Part shown: piece after piece, positions 19,622 through 29,772 of the stretch
Layout: each line of letters opens with the position of its first letter
Position numbering within the stretch: the first letter of the stretch is position 1
Virus record (IMG/VR): IMGVR_UViG_3300036944_001289
Coordinates: 1-64,000 of that record
Reading direction: 5' to 3' (one strand)
DNA length: 64,000 nt
Notes under the pieces: model-generated
The model's database searches: none
Told to the model about the DNA's origin: nothing
Seen by the model: the letters and a program-made list of their open reading frames with translations, nothing else
Translations under genes and position numbers: made by a program

Positions 19622-20031
19622 TCGCTATACTTCATTTTCAGCCAATATTTAACCACATCTAATAAAATAGGGTGCATATAATGTGCGCAATTCTTCTTTA
19701 TTGCACGTAGATGTGCTCTTTTAAACGTAAAGATAGGTTTCCAAGCTAGAGGTTGTTTACCATCTTTACCACGAGTACCCCAAAGTGCCATAGTACGTAT
19801 TTCATCTAGATTGTTAAAATCACTATCAGTACACCAGTTCATAACTATACCTTCTTTATATAGTTCCAAGTTACCACCAACACGGATATAATCACTACCA
19901 CCATCTATAAATATATATCTACCATCATCGTGTGTATATGTTATAAAGTCATGCCGATGATAAGAAACTAAGAATAAGTTCTTATGTGGTATATGAATAG
20001 CGTTCTGTTTAAATCTTACTTTTGTTTGCAT
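19618..20031 (-). CDS. Conserved phage protein (HRHDF...IDGG.DY.R family)
   Basis: SYHRHDF, IFIDGGSDYIR, WGTRGKDG motifs. Confidence 0.65.
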   Translation of the reverse strand: MQTKVRFKQNAIHIPHKNLFLVSYHRHDFITYTHDDGRYIFIDGGSDYIRVGGNLELYKEGIVMNWCTDSDFNNLDEIRTMALWGTRGKDGKQPLAWKPIFTFKRAHLRAIKKNCAHYMHPILLDVVKYWLKMKYSE

Positions 20032-20392
20032 AGTTGTATGTTAATTCTGTTCCTTTACTGTCCTTTATTGTTTCAAAACCATATTCGTCTGGATGCTGGA
20101 TAAACATACTAGACGAATCTGTTAACTTACCCTCATACATATGTGTAACAGGATAACCGATTATAAAATAATCTTCTTCAAGAATATTAAATTCATCTGA
20201 ACTATCTATATATTTACCAATCACATCATCTGTAATAGTACCTTCTACATCGGTATGCTCTTTAAACCATATACCGGTATACCTCTTAAAGAAATATAAG
20301 ATATCAGTGCAATCAAACTCACCGAGATATTCACAGTGACTATTATGTACGATTTTACGAATGCGAATTTTAGGTATCGATATACGACTCAT
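20009..20392 (-). CDS. hypothetical protein
   Basis: ORF in operon. Confidence 0.5.
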   Translation of the reverse strand: MSRISIPKIRIRKIVHNSHCEYLGEFDCTDILYFFKRYTGIWFKEHTDVEGTITDDVIGKYIDSSDEFNILEEDYFIIGYPVTHMYEGKLTDSSSMFIQHPDEYGFETIKDSKGTELTYNYANKSKI

Positions 20393-20541
20393 ATATGTTT
20401 ATATTTGTACCATCTGCATGTTTACGTATAATATGTCTGCGTTTTTCAGGTACTGCAGATAAAGAAGGTACTGAGGCTGCCTTTGATTGAGCAGCCTCAT
20501 AATCCTTTTCTTTTTTAGATTTGTAATAGCTTTTCTTTTGT

Positions 20542-21024
20542 TTAGCCATTAACTATTTGTAGGTCTTCGTGATTTAATACATAACCACCAGAATCACCTT
20601 GTTTGTATTTTTCTTCTTCACGTACTGTATATTCACCAGTATTTTCTTTAAACGAAGTAATGATGCATTTTTTACCCTTAACACTACTATACGGTCTGGT
20701 AACGACTACCTTTGTACCAACAGTATATGGTTGTATAGGGTTATTAATAAACCATTGTTCGAGCGCTTGTTTATAATGTTTGTCTAAAATAGACCAACCA
20801 TTGTCAAGTGCCTCGCATAATGGAAAATCTACAATCCAACCATCGTAATCTAATGCCTTGGCAAAATCATATGCATCTTGATGGTAAGATTTAATTAGTG
20901 AGTCAATAGCTTCATCTTCTTCTCCAAAGTCATCGAGTTTTGCTAGATGCTTTGTATAGAGCTCTTTCATTGCAGGCTCTAAAATCTCTTTATCAAGCTT
21001 AGTTGGTCTTTTGGTCATTTTCAA
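20542..21024 (-). CDS. hypothetical protein
   Basis: ORF in operon. Confidence 0.6.
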   Translation of the reverse strand: MKMTKRPTKLDKEILEPAMKELYTKHLAKLDDFGEEDEAIDSLIKSYHQDAYDFAKALDYDGWIVDFPLCEALDNGWSILDKHYKQALEQWFINNPIQPYTVGTKVVVTRPYSSVKGKKCIITSFKENTGEYTVREEEKYKQGDSGGYVLNHEDLQIVNG

Positions 21025-21454
21025 TTACCTTTTCGGTTTCAAGTACAATTACCCGTACAGGTTCTTTTGTTTTAATTTTTACGTTTACTTCTTGCTCTTT
21101 AGTAGTCTTTGACTTAATATAAGCAAATACATCTCTCCAAAGCTCAACAGCCCACTTCTTTTTCTTAAGGTTATTATTGTGTTTTGCTGTAGCAATCTTG
21201 AGTCTATCTACTAAAGTAGAGTCATCTTGCTCTTCTGGTGTCTGTACAATCCAGGCTTGTTGAATAACTTTCGCTACTTCAGCATCACCACGAATTAATA
21301 CAGTAAACTTAGACTTCTGTCTAGGTGCCTTCTCTTTATCTTCTTTTTCTGCATCAGCAGCCTCTTTGATATCTTTAATGATAGCAGAGCGCTTTTCTGG
21401 TTCAATTCCGTTTTGAATTAGTACTTCTTGAATATCGTCGATGTTTATTGCCAT
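20999..21454 (-). CDS. hypothetical protein
   Basis: 151-aa ORF. Confidence 0.65.
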   Translation of the reverse strand: MAINIDDIQEVLIQNGIEPEKRSAIIKDIKEAADAEKEDKEKAPRQKSKFTVLIRGDAEVAKVIQQAWIVQTPEEQDDSTLVDRLKIATAKHNNNLKKKKWAVELWRDVFAYIKSKTTKEQEVNVKIKTKEPVRVIVLETEKVIENDQKTN

Positions 21455-21473
21455 ATTAAAATTTTAAATTAGT

Positions 21474-21869
21474 TTATTTTGAAATCAACATTCTTTCAGG
21501 TGTTTCGAATTTATTACCTATAACTTCGATATTCGAAATACCGTAATCAGTAAACCAATTCCACACTACATTATTTTTACCTACACCAAATGCTGCATTT
21601 TTGCTATCATAAATAACTTCTGCAACTAATGTTTGTATATCTCCATGTTCATGAAGCTTTTCAGTAAATTTTACTATATCACCTTCATATATCTCTATAT
21701 CGTTCTTATCCTTAAATCCAGTATATTGTTGTAGAATATAGTCTTTACCACCTGCCCCGTTTTGTAGGTTATACACAGACCCATTTAGATCTATTGTAAT
21801 ATGGTAATTATCAGTGTATTGATGTGCAGGTACATCCCATACTCTAAACTTAATTTCTCTATTACTCAT
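21474..21869 (-). CDS. YopX-family protein
   Basis: REIKFRVWD, QYTGFKDKN..EIYEGDIV, EVIGNKFE.PE. Confidence 0.88.
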   Translation of the reverse strand: MSNREIKFRVWDVPAHQYTDNYHITIDLNGSVYNLQNGAGGKDYILQQYTGFKDKNDIEIYEGDIVKFTEKLHEHGDIQTLVAEVIYDSKNAAFGVGKNNVVWNWFTDYGISNIEVIGNKFETPERMLISK

Positions 21870-22900
21870 ATCTTTCTCCATTGAACATCTTTTAAAGCAG
21901 TTAAATCATTACCACCTGCATATGAAATTTGACTTTGAACAGCATCTTTAATTTGATCATATTTTTCTGCATAAGTTAAACTATTACCCTCAAGAACAAT
22001 GCTCTTACCTTCAACGTGTTTTACTTCTTGACCGGTCTTCTTTTTGGATTCAGCAGAAGCTGATCCGTAGTAATTTTTCCATACTCTTCCATTAATAATA
22101 ATATCATCACCAGGAGCATCAATACAAGCAGCAAAGATACTACCAGCCATAATCATCGGAACGTTAAGTGGTTCTCTCCATTGTTTATTACCGCATTTAA
22201 AAGGATTTCCATAAACAGCTTGAAACTGATTGGATAAGAATGCAACAATAGCTTTTGCAATATCTCCATTATGTCTAATACCTCCATCAAGAATTACTGG
22301 TACCTTTGCGTTAACACCAGCTTCAAAAGCAGCACTAAACATTGGTGAACCAAATCCAGTCTCATTAAATGTAGAGCATCCTGCACCGCAACTTAAACCT
22401 ACTTTAATTGCATCTGCTCCTGCGTTTTGTAGAAATTCTATAGACTGTTTATCACCCCATATATTACCAGCGATTACTTTAGTATTGGGTAACTTATTTT
22501 TGATATACCTAACCATCACTGCAACAGACTCTGCAAAACCGTGAGCAATATCAATTGTAATAAAGTCTACTTTATATTTAGTAATCTCAAGCCAATCAAT
22601 TAGCATAGTATCACTAGGTTGTACACCAATAGAAATACTTACGAGAGGCCAACGCTCAAAATTAGAACGACTAATAAAATCACGAGTATCTCCAAAGCGA
22701 TGATAGATATAGAAATGCTTATTAAACGCTAACCATTTAGCATTATTTATGTCGATAACCGATGCCATGTTTGCAGGTACTACTGGTAAGTTAAATATGT
22801 AACCACAAAAATTAATCGTAGTATCACATTGAGAGCGTGAGTTAACTACACACTTATTAGGTATAAGTGTTACTTGATTATAATAAAGTGCTTCTTTCAT
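21866..22900 (-). CDS. guaC: GMP reductase (IMPDH/GMPR family)
   Basis: SRSQCD, PVVPANM, ITIDIAHG, IAGN, GADAIKVG...C.T, DGGIRHNGDIAKA, YYGSAS, VEGK, ISYAGG. Confidence 0.88.
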   Translation of the reverse strand: MKEALYYNQVTLIPNKCVVNSRSQCDTTINFCGYIFNLPVVPANMASVIDINNAKWLAFNKHFYIYHRFGDTRDFISRSNFERWPLVSISIGVQPSDTMLIDWLEITKYKVDFITIDIAHGFAESVAVMVRYIKNKLPNTKVIAGNIWGDKQSIEFLQNAGADAIKVGLSCGAGCSTFNETGFGSPMFSAAFEAGVNAKVPVILDGGIRHNGDIAKAIVAFLSNQFQAVYGNPFKCGNKQWREPLNVPMIMAGSIFAACIDAPGDDIIINGRVWKNYYGSASAESKKKTGQEVKHVEGKSIVLEGNSLTYAEKYDQIKDAVQSQISYAGGNDLTALKDVQWRKI

Positions 22901-23229
22901 GCGATTTTATATTCTTTTTTAAGTAATGCAATTACAACAGCTCTACCTACAGTTTCATGTTGATATTCATAAACATTACTATTTTCGTACAGTCTTATTG
23001 TATACAACTTCCCTTGCTTGAAAAACTCATATCTTTCACAGACATTTAACTGCTTCCATAATTCACCACTGATATAGTTATGGCAAAAGCTAGGTGGAGG
23101 AAATTCATATATACATCGAGAGTCTATATCTACCTGCTCAGTATACTCGTAAGGTATATTAGCTACATCTCTACAAAAGCTTTCATCAAGCTCTTTATCA
23201 GTATACTGTTCAATTATTTTACTTTTCAT
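22897..23229 (-). CDS. hypothetical phage protein
   Basis: Coupled ORF. Confidence 0.5.
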   Translation of the reverse strand: MKSKIIEQYTDKELDESFCRDVANIPYEYTEQVDIDSRCIYEFPPPSFCHNYISGELWKQLNVCERYEFFKQGKLYTIRLYENSNVYEYQHETVGRAVVIALLKKEYKIA

Positions 23230-23401
23230 AGTGCATACCATAATCCATCCCATACTTAGCTAAATCTTCAAACGAAGTCACCTCGTTATCATCAATAAGA
23301 GAAATTAAACAATCAAACTCACGCGAACCTACATCATAGATATAGTCTTTTTTAAACTTGTAGCAGTATTCTATAAGTTGTTCTTTAACTGTTAAACACA
23401 T
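23219..23401 (-). CDS. hypothetical protein
   Basis: Coupled ORF. Confidence 0.5.
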   Translation of the reverse strand: MCLTVKEQLIEYCYKFKKDYIYDVGSREFDCLISLIDDNEVTSFEDLAKYGMDYGMHYEK

Positions 23402-23609
23402 TTTTATTTGAATCTAAGAATTCCTTAATATCTGATCTGTATTCGAGATAGTCTTTTGATTTATCAGCAGCATGATCTACCAATACTTGATAACCGTATA
23501 TTGTCTTCTGAAGGAGTCTACCAATACGACCTGTATATCTATCAGGGTTAAAGACAATATCTTCTTGTAACTCTATCAATTCTTCATCTGTAACTCTGGC
23601 GATTTTCAT
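23385..23609 (-). CDS. hypothetical protein
   Basis: ORF in operon. Confidence 0.5.
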   Translation of the reverse strand: MKIARVTDEELIELQEDIVFNPDRYTGRIGRLLQKTIYGYQVLVDHAADKSKDYLEYRSDIKEFLDSNKNVFNS

Positions 23610-23645
23610 AAAATAAAAGAGGAGAGCTATAGTATAGCTCTCCTC
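23610..23645 (-). terminator. Intrinsic terminator after DUF2828-like gene
   Basis: gaggagagctata-g-tatagctctcctc hairpin plus T-rich tail on the minus strand. Confidence 0.75.
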
Positions 23646-23653
23646 AAATCTAA

Positions 23654-25183
23654 TTAAGCTTTGATTACTTCATAACGGTCACTACAAACTGTATCGATCA
23701 TCATGTTATAAGGTGTTGTTGATTTGTTAGACAAAACACTCTTCAAGATTGAAGGTGAACAGCCTGATACTAAGCAAGTACCTTTATCGTCATATTTAAC
23801 CGGTACATCACTATAAGAGTTAACATTCCAATATACAATTTGAGGCACGTTGTAACCAGCTGCAGCGTACTTTGCCTTAATAGCAGCATGATTAGTTACT
23901 TCACCGCTATTAAGAGAGTCTGGCCCGGTAGCACAATCAAATTGCATATCTGAGATAATATATACATGGGATGGCATTTCAGATTGCGGCACTTTATTAC
24001 TTACGCCTTTATCAAGTATAAGATCAAATACAGATTGTAGATTAGTATTAGCAACCTCACGTCTACCAAGAACATCAGTTACATTTTGTATTAGACTTGT
24101 ACCTGTAATCTTTAAAAGTTTAGCATTATGGGAGAAGATCATAAAATGATCTTTGAATGCACCTTCGTTTCGTTCAGCAAAATAAATTGCAATTGATACA
24201 GCAACATCAATAGGTGCTATGTTATTACCAATATTAGCATTATAATAGTTACAAGAGTCCATTGAAGCTGAAACGTCAGCTACAACAATACCATTATGCT
24301 TATTACCGGCAAGATAATCTGGTAAGGCCTTCCATTGGGCCTCTAGAGTACGATCTACGGACCGTATATTACGAACTGAACGTACAATATCATATGGGTA
24401 CAATACTGAAGCGTTAATCTTTTCTTCACCTTTCTCGACATTAGTTAAAAACTTTGAGTAACGGTCACCGTCATGTTCTTTGAATGCTTTACGGTAAGTG
24501 CTTGCAGCCTTTGAAGGTACCGCAGGATAATTGATCTTGTCCCATTCACCTACACACATTTTGCGTTCCACTACATCGATCTTTTTACGAAGAGCTGATA
24601 GAAGCTTACGATATTGCTTTGGAGAGTAATCTAAAGTAGTACGTACTTTCTTTGCAAGACGTTTGGTTACAGAAGATGAAGCCTGTTCACTTGGTGCCCA
24701 TTTAGCACATAGTGAAGGATTCTTTTCAGATGCATCTTCAATAAGTTTATCAGCAACAAATTTAAGTGCGATTTTTTCAAGAGATGTACCTTCAAGCGTC
24801 TCAAGTACGTTGTCCCAACGAGTAAACTCAGGGATCTGGATCAAGAGGTTCTTAGCTACTTTCTCATCGTTTTGCGCAAGCCACTTAAAGCAGTTACGGA
24901 AGAGCTTACGCTCACCTTGACCTTCACGTACATCTACTAGATAGAAGAGAATCTTAAGAGCGATAGTCTTATCCTCATTATAAGCGGAGCGGAAAAGTGT
25001 AATAGATGCATCATCTGGTTGTGAACGCATTGAACCACCTTTACCAAAAAAATCGAGCAAAGAAGTACCAGTAGTCGAATGACTTACCGCACCATTATGC
25101 GTCTTGATATCTCCTGTAGTTAAAGCACTGATAAGTGCGTTTTGCTTAGGAGCTGTCTTTTTGATTGTTTTTTTAGTTGCCAT
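23654..25183 (-). CDS. DUF2828/TROVE (Ro60-like) protein with C-terminal vWA domain
   Basis: T.NGA.SHSTTG..LLDFF, D.R.GQGER, SLCAKWAPSE, VE.KMC..W..INY..VPS.A, LYPYDIV, MIDAS DVSASM, ISDMQFD, IVYWN. Confidence 0.8.
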   Translation of the reverse strand: MATKKTIKKTAPKQNALISALTTGDIKTHNGAVSHSTTGTSLLDFFGKGGSMRSQPDDASITLFRSAYNEDKTIALKILFYLVDVREGQGERKLFRNCFKWLAQNDEKVAKNLLIQIPEFTRWDNVLETLEGTSLEKIALKFVADKLIEDASEKNPSLCAKWAPSEQASSSVTKRLAKKVRTTLDYSPKQYRKLLSALRKKIDVVERKMCVGEWDKINYPAVPSKAASTYRKAFKEHDGDRYSKFLTNVEKGEEKINASVLYPYDIVRSVRNIRSVDRTLEAQWKALPDYLAGNKHNGIVVADVSASMDSCNYYNANIGNNIAPIDVAVSIAIYFAERNEGAFKDHFMIFSHNAKLLKITGTSLIQNVTDVLGRREVANTNLQSVFDLILDKGVSNKVPQSEMPSHVYIISDMQFDCATGPDSLNSGEVTNHAAIKAKYAAAGYNVPQIVYWNVNSYSDVPVKYDDKGTCLVSGCSPSILKSVLSNKSTTPYNMMIDTVCSDRYEVIKA

Positions 25184-25189
25184 AATTCT

Positions 25190-25219
25190 AAGTATATTTT
25201 TTGTTTGCTGTCGATACTT
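25190..25219 (-). promoter_or_regulatory. CAGCAA-motif hairpin filling the 5' UTR of the DUF2828-like gene
   Basis: AAGTAT-CGA-CAGCAA-ACAAAAAAT-ATACTT, ending 6 nt before the ATG; same motif as four RNAs in the tRNA array. Confidence 0.7.
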
Positions 25220-25249
25220 CAGTTTTATTTTATATATGTTCCTTATTAA

Positions 25250-25489
25250 TCAAGTGCTTTTGTTGAAGAAATTTTCGTTAATACGTTTACTGTATTCATC
25301 TTGCATAGCTTTAGAATATGCAAATCTCCAGCGGACTAAATAGTCCATCTGTGGCTCGAACATCTTCTTTGTAACTTGATGTTTCCAACCTGGCTTACCA
25401 GGCATATCTTCCACAACATTTTCATACCATACAAGTCGTTCGAACCAATCTGGAATAGGTGGTGCGTGTGTTAGAAATTCAATATTCAT
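25250..25489 (-). CDS. hypothetical phage protein
   Basis: HAPPIPDWF...WRFAYSKAM motif. Confidence 0.6.
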   Translation of the reverse strand: MNIEFLTHAPPIPDWFERLVWYENVVEDMPGKPGWKHQVTKKMFEPQMDYLVRWRFAYSKAMQDEYSKRINENFFNKST

Positions 25490-25695
25490 TGTTTAATTTT
25501 CTTTCTAAGAACGGATTGTGAGCAATGACCATTAAGATAATCTAATACCCAATCACTATCATATTCATTACTGTTATTAGGATCAATATTGAGTAGTTTA
25601 CATGCTTTATCTTCAATTTCTATAAGAGAATTCAGATGAGCTCTATAATTCTCTTTAAGCGATGTTAATTCTTTACTTTGTTGTTTTTGATTCAT
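25486..25695 (-). CDS. hypothetical protein
   Basis: Coupled ORF. Confidence 0.5.
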   Translation of the reverse strand: MNQKQQSKELTSLKENYRAHLNSLIEIEDKACKLLNIDPNNSNEYDSDWVLDYLNGHCSQSVLRKKIKQ

Positions 25696-25697
25696 AA

Positions 25698-26951
25698 TTA
25701 TTCGTAGTCAGATAACTTAAATATTTTAGACTCTTTTGGTATATAATGTCTATAATTATCAGATAAAAACCAGTACCAACGTTCTGGCTTCTCTGGTTTA
25801 ACTGTATCACCATAACCATCAGTGATTAAAAATACAGCTTTAGGGTATTTAATCTTTTCAGATTTAATAGTATTTTGTATCTTAGATTCTATAATACTAA
25901 AAGAAGTACCTCCACCGCCGTACACTTTATTCTGTTTGATATCAATCTCTACAACAGAGGTATCAAAGCAAAATAAACGAACATTAAACCTATTAGGATT
26001 TAAACTACGTGCAGCAGTAAAGAAGCGATCTTTTAACCCAATACAAGAACCAGATGTATCTAAAAAGAACCATACATCAATCTTATGATTGTCTTTAAAA
26101 TCATCTAAGATCCAATTCTCAGTAGGTAGTGATATATCACTAGATAGTAATTGAGAGTATTTAGGAGTTACTCTCTCCCATCGTTCTAACGTATTGATAG
26201 TATCTTTATTAAACTGACTTTCCCATTTCTTAATAACAGTCTCCCACTTGTACTTCTTTTTTCTTAACGAATTTACAGTAAGCCATGAACCTGTGCCTTT
26301 ACCTGCAGCAGAGTTCTTTAATTTTTGCGTATCAACAGTTGATGGTAGTTTATTGGTAAATGATTCATCTAGTTTATCAAGAATACCAGAAGCATCTATC
26401 AAATCTTTCATCTGTTGTTGCTGTTCGGGAGTTAATACTTTATGAGAGTCTATAGCAAAGTATTTGTTCTCTTTATCTTTAGGTAGTCTATTAAAATAGT
26501 ATTCTGTAGATTGATTAGGTAAGCAATTTTTATCATTTTTGAATACCGTATCCATCCAGCAACCTTTTTCACTTAGATCATTATTCAGTTCAATTCTCTT
26601 AAAACTAAATGAACTTACTAAAGTCTCGTTAATAACTACATCGGCAGCTATATTCATATTACTAAATTCTTGTGTACCTATATACTCAGAGAATCTATAA
26701 CCATGCTCTAATAGAATGTGTAAAATCTCATGACAAACTAAAAAGAGTTTAGTTTCTTCGTTTAGAGAATTCCAAAAATCTTCATTTATCATCAAGTTAA
26801 GATGATTGCCTTGATCATCAAAGGTAATCGCAGCAGTAGGTAAATCATCAAACTTACCTACTATGGGGTTACCTATATCCCAAAAAGCTCTAAAGAAATA
26901 GTGATAACTTTGGAGCTTTTGAGATATTTCTAACCGTTCTTGATAGTTCAT
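25698..26951 (-). CDS. Metallopeptidase-like (HExxH) + vWA protein (DUF2201-like)
   Basis: PTAA, CHEILH, NIAADVVIN, DTSGSC, GGGGTSF, ITDGYG. Confidence 0.82.
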   Translation of the reverse strand: MNYQERLEISQKLQSYHYFFRAFWDIGNPIVGKFDDLPTAAITFDDQGNHLNLMINEDFWNSLNEETKLFLVCHEILHILLEHGYRFSEYIGTQEFSNMNIAADVVINETLVSSFSFKRIELNNDLSEKGCWMDTVFKNDKNCLPNQSTEYYFNRLPKDKENKYFAIDSHKVLTPEQQQQMKDLIDASGILDKLDESFTNKLPSTVDTQKLKNSAAGKGTGSWLTVNSLRKKKYKWETVIKKWESQFNKDTINTLERWERVTPKYSQLLSSDISLPTENWILDDFKDNHKIDVWFFLDTSGSCIGLKDRFFTAARSLNPNRFNVRLFCFDTSVVEIDIKQNKVYGGGGTSFSIIESKIQNTIKSEKIKYPKAVFLITDGYGDTVKPEKPERWYWFLSDNYRHYIPKESKIFKLSDYE

Positions 26952-28522
26952 TTTATATTAGAAGATAGAGCAACAAGCATACTAGCCTCGTTTACTTTCT
27001 TTTCAAAGTCTTCAGATATAATAACACTCGTTTCATCTGAATCACCCCGTAAATAGTTTATAAATTCGTTATAGTGTGTATCTCCAATCTTAGCCTTATT
27101 AATATGTATCTGGGATCTTATTTGCTTTTGCTCATCTGTATTTAGCTTTTGTTTAGCTAACATACAGCATGTACCAATTAGAGGTAGTAGTTTAGATTTA
27201 TATTTAGTAAATGTGGTGGTTTGAAACGATCCAACCATAGTACATGTAAAGTTAATTACATCATAATGATTGGGTACATTACTCCAAGACTTAACTAAGT
27301 CCTCCATTAGACTTATATAAACGTTAGTACCTAGACTTCTATATACAGTAAAATCTATCTTCTTAGTTTTGCCTGCTACTAATATAGCAGGATTAACTGA
27401 GAATAAATCGTTTGTTGTGACTGAAGGTGGTAAAGATGTAAGTAGGTTGTTGGTAGATTGAGTTGTAATCTCAAACTTACTAATATCGAGATTTTGCGCT
27501 TCTAGTAGCTTAAGAACCTTTAATAAATCATTATTCATAGTTGAATTTGATACCGCTGTAATTGCAGCAGTAAAGGTTACATCCTTCTTTAACCCCTGTA
27601 ATATAGCATAGTTCTTATAAATACCACTATTCTTTATATTAGCACAGATATACTCTTGCTTGAGGTATTTATGGAATTTCCAGAAACGAGGCTCATTCAA
27701 CTTATCCTTATACTTGAGATAGTTCTGATCACCGAGTAAGAATAGCTTCATTACATCTTCTGTAGGATTAGCAAATACACTATGTAACAATGCGTCTTCT
27801 TTCTTGGTAGCAAGTTTAGTTACAAGATCTTTTGTATTAGCTGATACCGGTAGAAGATCATATACATCTCCTCCTTTATTGAAAAACTCTCCAATATAAT
27901 CTAATCTACGAGGACTTAGAATCTTCTTAGCATCATCTGATTGATCTTTCCACCAGTTAATAAGAATATTACCATGATGATCACCATACTTATCTACAAA
28001 GTATTTCTTATCAGGAGCATTTGGAAGCTCAACAATAACATGAAAACGGTCGAGTTGTGCAGGATCAAGTTGCTCTACATCATAGTCTTGTGAGTTAGCA
28101 TCGCTATCAGACTTAGGTGGATTAATAGCAGCCCAAACCATCTTAAGCTTAGGAAACTTACGACCGTTAATTGACTTAAACTGTTGAAGCTCAAGAAGAG
28201 CGTTCTTTACAAGTTTATGAGTTCTATTATATTCGTCAATAAATAATGCTTCAATATCTTCATCAAGGTTAGAAGGTAGAATAAAATCCATCTTCTCTTG
28301 ACCTTCTGCACCTCTTACTTTTGGGATACCAATCAAATGAATCCAAGGATCAAGAGTAGAACCAGAAAAATAAGCAAACTTAAGATTATTGCGTTTAAAT
28401 GCATCTATAACGCGCTGTGTCTTGCCAACACCCTTCTCGCCAATAAGAAGAACATTTACACCAAGTTGAACCCATTGATCGAGTTTAGCAGGGGTAGCAT
28501 TTACTTTATTGAATTGTAGCAT
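26948..28522 (-). CDS. MoxR/dynein-related AAA+ ATPase
   Basis: GEKGVGKT, FIDEYNR, AAINP, LDPAQLDRF, SPRRL; paired with vWA gene. Confidence 0.82.
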   Translation of the reverse strand: MLQFNKVNATPAKLDQWVQLGVNVLLIGEKGVGKTQRVIDAFKRNNLKFAYFSGSTLDPWIHLIGIPKVRGAEGQEKMDFILPSNLDEDIEALFIDEYNRTHKLVKNALLELQQFKSINGRKFPKLKMVWAAINPPKSDSDANSQDYDVEQLDPAQLDRFHVIVELPNAPDKKYFVDKYGDHHGNILINWWKDQSDDAKKILSPRRLDYIGEFFNKGGDVYDLLPVSANTKDLVTKLATKKEDALLHSVFANPTEDVMKLFLLGDQNYLKYKDKLNEPRFWKFHKYLKQEYICANIKNSGIYKNYAILQGLKKDVTFTAAITAVSNSTMNNDLLKVLKLLEAQNLDISKFEITTQSTNNLLTSLPPSVTTNDLFSVNPAILVAGKTKKIDFTVYRSLGTNVYISLMEDLVKSWSNVPNHYDVINFTCTMVGSFQTTTFTKYKSKLLPLIGTCCMLAKQKLNTDEQKQIRSQIHINKAKIGDTHYNEFINYLRGDSDETSVIISEDFEKKVNEASMLVALSSNIK

Positions 28523-28554
28523 AATGTATAATAATATTGTTCCAGGTTACATTT

Positions 28555-28869
28555 TTAAGCCGTGACTTGAACATAATTTGAGTGTTCAATAATTTCAGCT
28601 TCGGCTTGAGCAAGAGCTTGCTCTAATTTTTCTATTTGACTTCTCAGTTCACTATTTTCTTCATCAAGTTTATCACGTTCATCGGTAACATCACTTAACT
28701 TGCTTTCAAGTCTTCCAGCTTCTACTTCCCATTCACGTCCCCATTCCCGTAATTCTTCATGAATACTTCGTGCCTTTTCTACTTCATGCCTTACTGTATT
28801 AGCTGCTTGTTCAGCTGCACTGATAGCCTCATCGAGATGCGGACAACTATATTTAGGTTCTTTTGTCAT
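28555..28869 (-). CDS. Coiled-coil phage protein
   Basis: CPHLD...LREWG plus heptad repeats. Confidence 0.6.
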   Translation of the reverse strand: MTKEPKYSCPHLDEAISAAEQAANTVRHEVEKARSIHEELREWGREWEVEAGRLESKLSDVTDERDKLDEENSELRSQIEKLEQALAQAEAEIIEHSNYVQVTA

Positions 28870-29165
28870 TTACCATCCTCCCAAAGATTTAAAGTTTTAA
28901 GAAAAGCCTCGGCGCGTTGGGTGGCGGTGGCAAATATATCTGCACCTGCAAGAACATAAACAAGTTCTGTTCGGTATCGTTCACGTTGCATAGGATCGAG
29001 CACCTTCTCCGCCTCGTGCATGGCATCCAGACTGTTGAAATAATCCGGTGGTTCTTTTAGATAACCTCCGCTACCGGAGTGATACCAACTATAGTCTTCT
29101 CGGTGCTTCAGAAACTTCCACCCGCAGGCGTGAGTGATGGCTAAGTTTTGTTCTTGTTGGTTCAT
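28866..29165 (-). CDS. Phage protein (ABA-sandwich-like)
   Basis: ACGW...PDYFNSLDAMHEAEKVL...ATATQRAEAFL; visibly GC-richer than flanks. Confidence 0.6.
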   Translation of the reverse strand: MNQQEQNLAITHACGWKFLKHREDYSWYHSGSGGYLKEPPDYFNSLDAMHEAEKVLDPMQRERYRTELVYVLAGADIFATATQRAEAFLKTLNLWEDGK

Positions 29166-29168
29166 ACA

Positions 29169-29357
29169 TCAACATTCAAATTCTTGTAGAGCTTGACTTA
29201 AATTATATAGTGCTTGTACAGGTACAGTTATAGTAGCATCATCACTGGATAGATTGACATACTTATTATTATCAGGGTTTGTTGTTATAACATACTCGAT
29301 ATGTTCTGAACCAGTATCTGCGACTAATTTAATTGTTTTAGTTTTTGTAATTTGCAT
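29169..29357 (-). CDS. hypothetical protein
   Basis: ORF in operon. Confidence 0.5.
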   Translation of the reverse strand: MQITKTKTIKLVADTGSEHIEYVITTNPDNNKYVNLSSDDATITVPVQALYNLSQALQEFEC

Positions 29358-29358
29358 A

Positions 29359-29772
29359 TTATATTGTATTTCCTGTTTCTAAAATTACCTTCCAGAATTC
29401 CTCTGGAAGGATTACATTAATTGGAATACACCACTTTGCAAAAAGCTTTGCAATTTGTTCCACTTTATAACCAGCTAATCCACAGCCTATCTTAGTAACA
29501 ATAAATTCATACTGTCTATTATTGTCAGCGAAATTCAAGAAAGTAAAGATCTCCGCTTCTATATCTACAAGAGATAATGTATTTACTTCAAAGTCTTTTG
29601 TAGGTAAAGCATAAGATTGCCCTTGTAATCCTCTACCTACACCATATCTTGCACCATATTTATTAAGTGCAATTTTAGCAGCACCCTTTCCGTGCCTACC
29701 AGCGAGGTTAGAACCGAATACAAACACCTGATTCGGTTCTAACCTATTAACATTCTCTGGTGTATATTTCAT
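29359..29772 (-). CDS. Macrodomain-like phage protein (A1S_2505-type)
   Basis: VFVFGSNLAGRHGKGAA, GLQGQSYALPT, VTKIGCGLAG. Confidence 0.8.
   Translation of the reverse strand: MKYTPENVNRLEPNQVFVFGSNLAGRHGKGAAKIALNKYGARYGVGRGLQGQSYALPTKDFEVNTLSLVDIEAEIFTFLNFADNNRQYEFIVTKIGCGLAGYKVEQIAKLFAKWCIPINVILPEEFWKVILETGNTI

Noticed and set aside
20472-20499. tgaggctgc/gcagcctca hairpin as terminator
   Set aside because: Lies within a plausible unlisted 59-aa minus-strand ORF (MAKQKKSYY...) and lacks a clear U-tract.
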